This document shows, piece by piece, positions 12,701-18,742 of a stretch of DNA of 64,000 nt. Made by a program: the position numbers and the translations under genes. Source of the stretch: Candidatus Omnitrophota bacterium (GTDB lineage Bacteria > Omnitrophota > Gorgyraeia > Tantalellales > Tantalellaceae); contig JADGBR010000001.1 of assembly GCA_015231405.1 (NCBI GenBank), positions 385,762 to 449,761 on the forward strand, written 5' to 3'. Each line of letters opens with the position of its first letter. Positions within the stretch are counted from its first letter, which is position 1. Under the pieces are notes generated by a model that saw nothing but the letters and a program-made list of their open reading frames with translations, was not told the origin of the DNA and did not search any database.

Positions 12701-15700
12701 ATACTCGGCGAATATCACAGGCGCGGAGTCACGAAAAAAGACGCCGTGTTAACAGCCGAGGATCAAGGTTCCCCCGAAGAGAGGATCGAGTCAAGTTATA
12801 GAAAGGTCGAGCCGGTCAATATCGGGGTCAAAGACCTCTCCCATCCGGATATTATGACGCTTGAGGAAATGGTAGACGATTCCAAAAAGAAGAGGACAAG
12901 GAAACGCGATACAAATGTGGAGTTCAATTTCGACTTGTCTAGATTAGCGGCCGACCTTTTCGCCATAGAAGCGTCGGATGATGATGCCAGACGTAACGCG
13001 AGGTTCACCGAACAAGTGCTGATACCCTTACTTTTAGGTTTGGGCCTTGGAGGGGTAGACGCCGAAATTATCCCAAAGGTATTGGATGGATCCAGGAAAG
13101 TCGATGAGAAATTACCCGAGATCATATCTTCGATCGTCGGCATATACGGACAGCCTTTGATCGAGGTAACTGAGCTGAAAGAGGCTCTCCGAAAACTCAA
13201 ACTCTTGTACGTCGAAAAATTTAACGTTTATCTCAATGTTAACATAACGTTAAAGGATGGTTCACCTCTAATAATAATCTATCCCAAGCCTATACTTGAA
13301 AAAGTGAGTTTTCCGCAAAAAAAGTTCGAGTCGCTGGGAATGCGACAGGTCTCCTATATGACGTATTCCATGAAAAAAGAATTTCTTCTGGTGGAGGGGG
13401 GGAAAGAGGATCACGATATCTCAAAATGCGGCGGATGCGGTGGGAATGATATAACCCAACCGTCCGAATCCGATATGATCGTCGATGACGGGGATAATTA
13501 TGTTATCTACGGTACCAAAATATTGTCTCTCGAAGGGATAGCTCCTCCGGTCGAGGTGATGAAATGGTTCGCGTATACGACGATGGGATTAAAAGCAGCC
13601 GAAAATCATAGCGAATCCCTAAAAAGAGACCTTGATGACCGCTGGCATCGCGGATGGGAAGAAAGAGAAAAACGTCAGAAGGAATACCAGGAATGGAGTG
13701 CAGTATGGATCCATTCGAGGCTTTTCCCGGCCATATTATCGGACTATTCAGTCGAATATCTGCTGAATTTCTTGGGATATTATCTTCTGGAGGTAAAAGA
13801 CCCGGAAGACCAAAGTTGTGTTGTGGCTATGCAAATATATAACGCTTTTCTCTCCTATTTTAAATCTCATAACCGTCTCCCCGAAGACATGCCTAAAATA
13901 TCGGATAAATTTGACGGGAAGACGATAGCGGCTGTCTCGGATATGATCAGAAAGGAGACATCTTCCGGTATAAATAAGATAGCTGCCGGTTTTTATGAAA
14001 AATTCGGCGAGTATTTTACGGACTTAAAGGTCCCCAAAAGAAAGATGGTAGTATATAAGTCAAGACACGTCCGAGAGAATGCGCCAATTTTAGATATACT
14101 TGACGTATTCAGAGGAGCCGGCGATATAGCCCCTCCGATGGATGATGTGGAAGTTGAGTACAGGTACACGGATGATGGCATTGGCGCACCGGAAGATAAG
14201 AAAGGAACTCAGGAAAAAGAAAAAATCAGAAAGCCCTCTCGGCTTATAGATACAAAAAATAAAGATCAAAGAACCACAAAAAGCGTCATAGGACAAAAAG
14301 GCGGCGGTGTCGCTTCGCCGAAGTCAGTAATGATCAGGGATGAGATTCAGACCCTCCTGAGGATATCACCCAGGTTGACATCAAGATTCCTTTCGATATT
14401 CGCGGGACTCCCGGATATAAGAAAAATATTCTCCGATTCCGGCGACGAACTCGACATAGAGAAGATAATTACCGGAGACCTGGAGCCATTTTTTCGCAAA
14501 CGGGTCGAAAGCAAGATTGCGAAACTCGATTGCGGCATCACGATCGACATAAGCGGATCGGTCGGAGGGGAACTCGCTGAAAATTATATGAATATGGTCA
14601 GGTTATATTCATCGCTGTTCTATTACGCATCGGTCAGGAATAAGGATGTTTCATTCTCCGTGAGCAGTTTGGGTTCAACATTCAAAAAATTCATCGAGTT
14701 CGGCGACTCGAGAAAAAAAGCGGTGATAGAGCAAAAACTGGGAAAGGTCAAGCAGCTATTGTCCTCCGAAGGGACCGATATCCCCGCAGCTATCAGAGGA
14801 ATAACCGAAAAATACGCTAAAAGGACGTCGAAGAACAAGATGGAGATCGTGCTGACCGATGGCGATGACTGTTCCGGTACGCCTATCGAAAAACAAATAG
14901 AAATGATCAAAGAAGCCGAAAAGAAAGGGATCGATATAATCTTTGTAGGTATAAATACGAAAAGCGTCGCCAATTATCCTAAATATCTACTCCTCGACCA
15001 TAAACCTTCTACGGAAGAGCTTATGGACCTAATTATGAAGCTGGCTATGTTAAAGAACCGCAAAGGGATGCTTCCCGAAGGAGATATCGGGGCATGGTTC
15101 GGTAAGAGCGTTCCGATAAAAAAGGAAAAGAAAAGAACGAATGAGCCGCAATATGTAACGGCGCCATCTATTTCTCCGTTAATTATGCTGTTGGGGTGGT
15201 GGGCCTTAATTATTCCTATGATGTTCATCGCGCATGACATTGTGGTTTATCTGCTTAACAATAGCCATCAATTTACCAAATGGTTGAAAGGGCATGAAAT
15301 TATCGGCAACACGTTGAGATCACTTTGTAGTGATTATATCCTCTTGGGAAAGCGATATTATCCCAACGAGCCGGTAATGGCCGCTCCTCATTCTGCCGGA
15401 GTGAATGATCGGATCATTGCGGGAACATCGGATAATGATCGATACGCACCCGCTCGATATTTGCCTCCTGCCGGGGCGGAAGTTGTTCATAACCGGGTAA
15501 CGCCCCTGAAAAAGGACACAGCTAAGATGCATGCGAAAGCGTTAGTCGCCGCCGGGGACATATCCAGTCCTGAAATGACGGCTAAACTTATTGTAGATAA
15601 GCTCCTATCGCGCGCTATGACCGGAAAAATAGCGCTGGCCTTTGATAAGGATCTCGGGGGCCAGAATTCAACCATTATACTTTCCGTATTTGAAGAACTG

Positions 15701-16144
15701 GCGAGACTTAAAAAGACCAGGAAATTCAGGAGGATCCTTGAGAACGTTGAGGTCGTGATAGGTGAACCCGCGGAACTGGCGAAAAATATCGACGATCTTA
15801 TGACAAGAGATTTCGAGGTCTTTATGTTCGCGAGGGAAACGGAGAGGGAGCGATTCCTGAAAAAAGAAGAAGGAATGCGCGCGGTATATGTAAACGAGAG
15901 CGCTCATCCGGACATGGCATATTATCCGCTCGCGGAAATAGTGGCGATATCCCTCGCCCAGGCGTTCGACCCGAAGACGATCGAAAGGATAGGGAAAGCT
16001 TTCGAGAAACTCAATATAAGCCCGGAAAATATCAACAGGGTAACCGCTCTCGTGTTTACGCTTATCCCTGAGGCCGTTGAACTAGATAAACAGGAATATA
16101 TCCGTAGATACGCGGTTCTAAAACGGTATTTGAAAGCCGCGTAA
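776..16144 (+). CDS. Giant 5122-aa protein with three MoxR/midasin-type AAA+ ATPase modules, a vWA/MIDAS domain, a C-terminal TM helix and a conserved C-terminal module
   Basis: Uninterrupted 15,369-nt ORF. Walker A motifs: GPSGEGKT (6743-6766), GPTGGGKS (8654-8677), GETATAKT (12206-12229). Walker B: FLVNE (module 1, Asp replaced by Asn, 6947-6952), LLDEG (8876-8881), LIDEAN (12449-12454). MoxR-like sensor-1 motifs FTANP, IAQNPG, LTFNPPD. vWA MIDAS DISGS (14546-14560) with downstream LTDGDD. Hydrophobic helix APSISPLIMLLGWWALIIPMMFIAHDIVVYLL (~15161-15256). No N-terminal signal peptide. The start could instead be the ATG at 812 (MHKTLV...). Confidence 0.9.
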   Translation: MLLSLGITTAISMHKTLVKNLLNYLLILCFILEDISWAFEIEPSIRISSNNLQVQTPFKPISDEDIGMTLRLKALIKAALSYINQEVKIDDELIADFDSCLSPADGMKHLWEPVTLDGNDISWARFNYLLDFTDHGTSISGKRKEGINWVIDCSIGKGDEFWEYEAVITPDKSVYLRIPGTDDYIGERPGQTQGDSKRKGEDPYFGEGQGLLGTMTSDVAYSVSKRDYLWEYPRAENILPELNRLFPLDKIKAVLGADIERIKVVFQIFRKDDTAAEFPGKEIFAEMIYPYSGSNQFAIIFTEKAYHLFMEAFKDDLEPLLKAMMFHLYSEFYCRKPRHIAYLMAIQKYPAEMARLAKVFPELRFEIKEDIRTDILEATGFKGDHKAEKTFDLMMSKGLANNKNSLEIKALFGTVRFIKTERRCSTDKAFDCLGKLINAGSVTKDNIDKVNEFFLKVTERMDYSGDWMLDEVMRFINKIERKKLDRSAIGMEFLSFISEHDEHTATSSFRVAGIMAESGIVNKSNMHKVKELINCLSGSFGFGSLDHKALFKALGRAKLLSPDRFGEIHALLIQLFSYKTGTRDWPDGYRSEKTRAIIRLAKKIGDGKLNVQASDLKWLIRTISGMRHSVSVYNVVDIMAVFWETGIAGKKDHGKLSKLFRRMDSLPILDEDRDRGDGNPYKSLIKLAEDTLAGRIHKEQVDLDMLIHLCRDDWSVDSKQEMYRKMLVLGLTEGLGKREIKVVLDKFSDDYWGISPNLDEMLVNKEKYRLDLPEPRLFVRLVKTIPGNISKAMNYISILTGIPGYNFSNCGDLAELLELTKTAVDRFQGQNAFEDAIYYAKKVRDEHLPADAIDHSIVMKLYRRTHKNGDEDTRLRNQFSILGSAAAIGLDIRAGYDELAEFHDMFGSRFEEQSEHALSVYVRSVIDEKLDRSLVDIKFLKVLFGNVSHSYIDSAISEILKTARRIKIGELPGGPLKNGMLLGLGELSSNYHVNVFTTFEPLLEALKKGDIRPGLLSPDLFLSIEADTGANKTYAALLFKTLAETGALKNVSKARIKKYFREAGKSINSWDDWNSLDHIASMASSLYHDDKKGVFELLGKLAKNYSGSMSVLKEPFSTLRNQLMRIEPEKRKDIKDLVMRILQHPDSNPGKALVTIGAFINFSIISTGDASNIQCFLDNIMKMETDRGEAWEILTELAEMGVLHDENIGDHIALYEKLALVEGPAAKGLLHYVRALKNLDIGSLMMDLELLTLIAGAGVRNVSTLYDNLGPVIVAYSETSGNVGCDEFLRTLKEGISDIINKGAGEDAILEFLIALRKDSSHILASAVDAVSRSGSAITTYEGYKYLLPDELRHIALDPSIEERIALINDTNFMNGDNPVYLYLLMRKESPAADELSWEVFSGILRDGKTFNSYYTASVLKFIQKAVFHAEAELEPEQQEEIIKLSIALHKSFLEIAGKSADQGAPVVTFRELVRFNVDFSKFYLKEEGLKNVFEILILTSYNIYGRVVTDAGKKNEFIEKLSETLRSKKYKKLLIEGQRDSITIRGNLSQLIERIIDYGHYSKLDNEPGQNDIPIETSLRAFIKRTEEVHRPELMILDDENTIFFQNMIEKLSSEPDRVIIPVYMNAFTKRQDLFGKYVPKEPMKLEDAARIIELTGNYDLVTAISNVLGIDRVRANEYLLKMNDPDTRIEENVITAIAASIKSGPLWRENLVWEDGILIRIVKAAAKNRKKKFTLLFQNIDACPDEVRVELNPVLWENMIEIPGGSGKMDITPNLNFLFTMHEGSHIQDPAFMDRPLVHKIMNVSDKDIVTYIKNEARLGGAVLERLMMFYRAVKDPANGIDIEAGLNDLIEIAKRISGRAVEYGEKDSDIMDEEIYRYLSLKTPDKGSKEKLWRMISPRRRIFKWKPPVSDMEVKNGSIIFNGVGVKLSEGTMLKWGLSPNGNVNKKSVMKMLLDHSGYTVTDTEIDIFAQLARAMKYGAKAIQLVGPSGEGKTEIAKVFSNIIGYGLNERTVNQDTDLADIRGEVRQDENGKYYLHEPEYIKSIDKEGHVFLVNEVNTGNNGGLYNWYFPEISGATFKPLNEFPPMDGSLDRSRTINRDNLWIFTANPDTTSGREKTPGRVSAHLTNFYMATDPKDIGPICRDLFKKDSLNKYVKKGRILARVHRKFYDLKLSGAYRGDQDVTRRELISVRDKFEAYINDKIEPDTAFRQALYEVYVYGWRSLIDGKLARTTLGPMVRTGELLSMDVSLKACLKDPKKPVIFFNDSATTGFDPGKAIAGMFPDANVKNVVLSYFHRKRQLLGGFVPYDSPDKDDKEMPDELKHRFMRGLGILPKMIEEARFDRNRKKFMVLRNYTRLNSRVAPIMNEFLQTRHIAEMEDIVDERTAYQLRSKLIDRNMFDEVYGEFLEKNNGIERDKEITRETAMRLARWFYSNAPDNLYIVAEGTSSGESDLGPPEINRFNAWNTSIEIDDKWIDGYLDGKISGYLEPFKDVIKDAVKRIFYLYDFEATCGDNEYNRMSVRDIDNFIEVLRAQATLDDKTIKETAYYAMASGLRTKYLEGLKDMVPEIKDPADHIKKIRARRGGYLSTDPEYEHLADTEKLARLYMSFNMAFSASRTVILEGPTGGGKSSAARDIAKRMGLPFYEILMYDDIDPGDFLGRMTKSGKEFILTCDTEKRRLLIPFLKAYTKGGVFLLDEGAMGLQSKEVITFLTTLAELGEIDLNDHHPYAVGKLDILTRHPDFHLVIAQNPGGETMGRTELSYEAMSSAFKIWVDNFITRADSLRMIDHYLGDLSSNVEKKDKAVISGIYESFYKKHPEDGSISPRQLITSVKVIKKLLEEGINFKKAIIQGMIISYMPNMSEDEYVSLKNEIVSMIDKLIGDDDRPGYNDAIRSTFEQWEMTADVKNSDGILSLNGLVLPYSPGGSNVDPKTIKITEDLASFNKVIKHMAWGIALDKPVALLEEDGADSLDIVKKFSLITGYDMHVLWSHDEMRKMHLVSGILPKFGKVLDKYGVKSKDISEDFKQGLGFLLEHIETEEDYLKMKGGVKKKHKILFFNFMDAIPERQRVLLNEILTTKKLSVEDENGEIINYRLPEWVHIVVSCPLEHRFSSAFVNRFIPVRLSPVTDMEELRQIIPKRFPLVRDEELEWIREVALSAYKFNKAGGFNRNYGFAPNDIEKLALRIQIEKQKDIEINSFNRNPLHYMTKAVYLNYIRGIEDTNDRERFENEIFVHPFLETSVFIERKFGAKIDTSGNVNLSADEISRYLNIGIDINKLKVPADELAEHKRNIDILAKRFGKGSQLLRETMNQTDSRGLRAASVYRKLSVEFINNAALADIYRLEITPREGSETVKIIVAISRRPKAAVPEYDANKEFNNLRELYHALPKNTAKPLSYAEEEKNGDVYTIVCTESLENHGSPHIVFSGGDHRVLSIAEIGNDNGKGDHFMNEDYLAFLQDLIGLQMDAFEKASKILDPRTISGDIMYPFLIENQPKGSDYHLNADLAFRTVAYEGAKPLKITSADRLRDGNKKDLITSIFKTHQVINCEGGCRKNEEDMPIPVYDNLYAFYMFLEKKHPGNGMIELLDLLKYYNEDMTCYGKDPELARIFETVMTDPDRILKAGEKRSPLYSVNFMNLSLLKPDVDMIYRDMKKVIEDELSQVKRDTFDIVKVDIGSIPYNKAISPKPGIEILRNDDNYIIRTPAKRYLVPLSEFGERRELSPYLNIWKKDNDMMLEFRLISSIGGVELKRDEINKSNSLPETEVATSEYIYNTDEINMMTSALLRSWEPVIDGAGRLILPRVVLLDGETATAKTTRIRNLARIWGSDLYILNSFHDISVADTTVKLSVEKSKVKLSVREFLARLGTVNGQRVEIKGKKTSSRSILLIDEANACPELFTALMPIFLGEKKFSFNYAGETFNVEIDDEVMVVLTFNPPDTYSGRGFFLEKLLFLSDKLWAPDPMTLPDHIIAGILGEYHRRGVTKKDAVLTAEDQGSPEERIESSYRKVEPVNIGVKDLSHPDIMTLEEMVDDSKKKRTRKRDTNVEFNFDLSRLAADLFAIEASDDDARRNARFTEQVLIPLLLGLGLGGVDAEIIPKVLDGSRKVDEKLPEIISSIVGIYGQPLIEVTELKEALRKLKLLYVEKFNVYLNVNITLKDGSPLIIIYPKPILEKVSFPQKKFESLGMRQVSYMTYSMKKEFLLVEGGKEDHDISKCGGCGGNDITQPSESDMIVDDGDNYVIYGTKILSLEGIAPPVEVMKWFAYTTMGLKAAENHSESLKRDLDDRWHRGWEEREKRQKEYQEWSAVWIHSRLFPAILSDYSVEYLLNFLGYYLLEVKDPEDQSCVVAMQIYNAFLSYFKSHNRLPEDMPKISDKFDGKTIAAVSDMIRKETSSGINKIAAGFYEKFGEYFTDLKVPKRKMVVYKSRHVRENAPILDILDVFRGAGDIAPPMDDVEVEYRYTDDGIGAPEDKKGTQEKEKIRKPSRLIDTKNKDQRTTKSVIGQKGGGVASPKSVMIRDEIQTLLRISPRLTSRFLSIFAGLPDIRKIFSDSGDELDIEKIITGDLEPFFRKRVESKIAKLDCGITIDISGSVGGELAENYMNMVRLYSSLFYYASVRNKDVSFSVSSLGSTFKKFIEFGDSRKKAVIEQKLGKVKQLLSSEGTDIPAAIRGITEKYAKRTSKNKMEIVLTDGDDCSGTPIEKQIEMIKEAEKKGIDIIFVGINTKSVANYPKYLLLDHKPSTEELMDLIMKLAMLKNRKGMLPEGDIGAWFGKSVPIKKEKKRTNEPQYVTAPSISPLIMLLGWWALIIPMMFIAHDIVVYLLNNSHQFTKWLKGHEIIGNTLRSLCSDYILLGKRYYPNEPVMAAPHSAGVNDRIIAGTSDNDRYAPARYLPPAGAEVVHNRVTPLKKDTAKMHAKALVAAGDISSPEMTAKLIVDKLLSRAMTGKIALAFDKDLGGQNSTIILSVFEELARLKKTRKFRRILENVEVVIGEPAELAKNIDDLMTRDFEVFMFARETERERFLKKEEGMRAVYVNESAHPDMAYYPLAEIVAISLAQAFDPKTIERIGKAFEKLNISPENINRVTALVFTLIPEAVELDKQEYIRRYAVLKRYLKAA
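14520..15000 (+). other. vWA/MIDAS domain of giant protein 1
   Basis: DxSxS motif DISGSVGG followed by the hhhhTDG motif (IVLTDGDD) and the IDIIFVGI beta-strand, typical of the vWA Rossmann-like fold. Confidence 0.7.
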
Positions 16145-16189
16145 TGTAAAAGATCAAGGAGCGATTATGTAAGTTGGAGCCGAAAGCTC

Positions 16190-16939
16190 ATGAAAAAGAA
16201 AAACGCGATAAAGATAGCCGTTAAACTTATCTCGGCGTTCCTTGTGACCGTACAACTCGGCGAGGAAGTACCCTCGGCCGAGCCCGTGACTTACATGAAC
16301 CGTCCTTCCGGAGAGACCCTTGCCGTCGAGTCCATTTTTACAGGAGGCGATGAGGCGAAGCAGATTGAGATAAAGCTGGCTTTACTTATCAGGCTTATAA
16401 AAGAGGATAACATGAGGTTCAAGGATTTTAAATATAAAATACCCCCTTGCGGGAACGGTATAAGCTACGTTATAGATCTTGAGAATAAAACCGGCGGCAC
16501 GGGGAAAAGGTCGTGGGATGTTCCGTGTATGATCACTGACGATAGAGGCGGGTTGCAATTAAATGTTAAGGCCCTTGTTAAGGGTGACGGCGAGGTAAGC
16601 ATAGTTTATCCATGGGAAGCGGAAAAAGGTACCCCTTCGGTCGTAACGGACATAAGTCCGGACAAACTGTCAAAACCTTCAAACGGCGCCTCTTCGGCGG
16701 TTGTTTTAGAAGGAACATCGACAGGACAAAGCTGGGTTAAAAATTTCATCTATAAAGCGTTAACTCCTTCCAATATGCGTATAATTGTCGTGATAATCGC
16801 GACGACAGTATTCGGGATCCTGGCCAATACGTCATTCCCATGGGTTCTCAAAGCGCCGTATTTTGTCAATACCGCTATATATTTCTTCCTAAGCGAACTT
16901 ATATCCCAAACATACGAACGCATTAAAATAATGCAGTAA
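16190..16939 (+). CDS. Bitopic membrane protein of unknown function (N-terminal signal/anchor helix plus C-terminal TM segment)
   Basis: 249-aa ORF. GGAG lies 12 nt upstream. N-terminal hydrophobic helix KIAVKLISAFLVTVQL. C-terminal hydrophobic stretch IIVVIIATTVFGILANTSFPWVL...AIYFFLSELI. Confidence 0.6.
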   Translation: MKKKNAIKIAVKLISAFLVTVQLGEEVPSAEPVTYMNRPSGETLAVESIFTGGDEAKQIEIKLALLIRLIKEDNMRFKDFKYKIPPCGNGISYVIDLENKTGGTGKRSWDVPCMITDDRGGLQLNVKALVKGDGEVSIVYPWEAEKGTPSVVTDISPDKLSKPSNGASSAVVLEGTSTGQSWVKNFIYKALTPSNMRIIVVIIATTVFGILANTSFPWVLKAPYFVNTAIYFFLSELISQTYERIKIMQ

Positions 16940-16972
16940 AAAGGCGTATGGAAACCCTATGAATGGGATAGA

Positions 16973-18415
16973 ATGGCGATTGTCGCGATCTTATGCGGAG
17001 CATTTTTCGGGGTAGTATGGGACCTGCTATATAAGGGATATCTGGGATTTATCCCTAACGATACACTCGCCGGGAAAATGATAAGGCCATACATGGATAT
17101 GTCCAGCGCTACGATCCTTTCCGTTCTATGGCCGTTTTTTCTTCTCGGTTTTTGTGAAAAGTATAAAGCCAAAAGGCCAGAGGGTGTAACGTTAAGGAAA
17201 TACGCCGTCGATACGGTCAAGGCTATCTGGAACGAGAAAAAAGATAATTTCGTCAAAACGATAGTAGCCTGCTGGCTGATATGGTATCCGCTGCAATTGT
17301 GGAATATTAACAGGATAGCCGGCTCCGGTGATATGGTCTCGGCCATCGCGGTATTTGAGCTCCCCTGGGCTATTTTCTGGATACTCCTCGCGGGTTTTAA
17401 GGGTGCCGATAAAAGTTATGGGTCCCTGCCGGGTCGAATCGCGTCTTTCGGGGTAGGTTCATTTATCGGTTTCTTTATGCTTAGGATAGGTGTTTTGTAC
17501 GGTATATTAGGTTTCGTCGACCCTTTTTTGAATATCCTGGCACCGGTTTCAGGGCTGATCGCGATATGGATATCAGAAAACTATCCCTGGCAAAAAAAGT
17601 CCGATGCCGAACCTGAAAATAAGATCTCTCCGGGAGTTCTAGCGGAGAGCTCATCGCTTAGCCCTATTCCCGATAGCCCCGATGATAGACCCGCCGAGGA
17701 ACTAATGACGGATCCGGATAATGCCGGTAAAAAGCGGATATTATTCGATTACCTTGAAAAGTCCTCCGGCCCGGATGCCAGGAATATCTCCGATCCGGAA
17801 GAGGTGGCAAAAGGGCTTATCGAAACCGTAATTTCGAAGTTATTGGAAAAAGACCGTAAAATTGTCATAGCTGTGCATCACGACATAAACGCCGCACAAA
17901 CCGAAGATATCGCCGGGCTATTGAGAACGTTCACAAGACTAAAGGGTTCGAGGGGTTTCAGGGAATTAATGAGCGATCTAGTGATAATACCTTCTTTTAC
18001 CTCCGGCGCGGACCTTGAGGAACAGCTAAAAAGGAATAATGTCGACTCGTTAAAGAAAGACGACGTGATCTTTACTTTCAATCCATCAATTAAGAATAAC
18101 GTCATATCTGTCTCCCAGGGTTCTATTATTCCGGTATTCATCGATGATAATGCTGTAAAAGGGGGAGGGTGGTACTATCCCCTCGCGGAAATAATACTAA
18201 TTACACTGATGAAATACCACTTGAATAGAACGGCGGAACAGCTAAAAGACATTTTCGGTCCAACGGCCCTGTCCGGGGACAATATCGGAGATATCATGGA
18301 CTCCGGCACAGAGGCTTATCTCATATTCACCATCTTGCCTAAAACCGAAAAGTATCCGCCGGGAGAAAGGGTAGACAGGTGCGCGAGGATAAAACAATTC
18401 CTCATGGCCGCTTAA
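16973..18415 (+). CDS. Polytopic membrane protein (~6-7 TM helices) with a C-terminal soluble module paralogous to the C-terminal ~200 aa of giant protein 1
   Basis: 480-aa ORF. The N-terminal 205 aa are strongly hydrophobic. The C-terminal region aligns by eye with the ORF1 C-terminus: KIVIAVHHDINAAQTEDIAGLLRTFTRLKGSRGFRELMSDLVIIPSF vs KIALAFDKDLGGQNSTIILSVFEELARLKKTRKFRRILENVEVVIGEP. Both share YYPLAEI. The C-termini are KQFLMAA vs KRYLKAA. Confidence 0.8.
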   Translation: MAIVAILCGAFFGVVWDLLYKGYLGFIPNDTLAGKMIRPYMDMSSATILSVLWPFFLLGFCEKYKAKRPEGVTLRKYAVDTVKAIWNEKKDNFVKTIVACWLIWYPLQLWNINRIAGSGDMVSAIAVFELPWAIFWILLAGFKGADKSYGSLPGRIASFGVGSFIGFFMLRIGVLYGILGFVDPFLNILAPVSGLIAIWISENYPWQKKSDAEPENKISPGVLAESSSLSPIPDSPDDRPAEELMTDPDNAGKKRILFDYLEKSSGPDARNISDPEEVAKGLIETVISKLLEKDRKIVIAVHHDINAAQTEDIAGLLRTFTRLKGSRGFRELMSDLVIIPSFTSGADLEEQLKRNNVDSLKKDDVIFTFNPSIKNNVISVSQGSIIPVFIDDNAVKGGGWYYPLAEIILITLMKYHLNRTAEQLKDIFGPTALSGDNIGDIMDSGTEAYLIFTILPKTEKYPPGERVDRCARIKQFLMAA

Positions 18416-18742
18416 CGTTGAAATATCGATAGTGAAAATAAATGAAACACGGCTATTATGAAGTGTTAATGCGTTTATTGACGATGGCGTAAATGAGATG
18501 GGAACCTTCTACCGGCACGAAAGCGAACTTCTAGTTCAGCTTGTGGCCTGCATTGCTATATTTGCAAGGTCCACGCACAAGGCTACTTCGGGAGGTGGGA
18601 CAGGCAAAGTGCCGTACGAAGAACCCCATCTCCTTTACGCCCTCACCTCTGGCGCGAATATATCCAAGGGTATGTAAAATGATGACAACACACACAATGT
18701 ATAATATACTCAGAGATGTTTGAATAATGATCTTGGAGGAAT

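Noticed and set aside
776-16144. Possibility that the 5122-aa ORF is an assembly-fused pair of genes
   Set aside because: The frame is continuous with no internal stop and no internal RBS-ATG pair at domain boundaries. The domain order (AAA x3, then vWA, TM, C-terminal module) parallels the independently encoded 6162-aa paralogue.
16957-17346. 129-aa minus-strand ORF overlapping the start of the 480-aa membrane protein gene
   Set aside because: It is antisense to a hydrophobic TM-coding region and has no independent signal; judged spurious.
18541-18723. 60-aa ORF in the GC-rich intergenic segment
   Set aside because: No RBS. Its composition is Arg/Pro-rich and typical of a non-coding GC-rich frame. 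The region is better explained as a leader or ncRNA.
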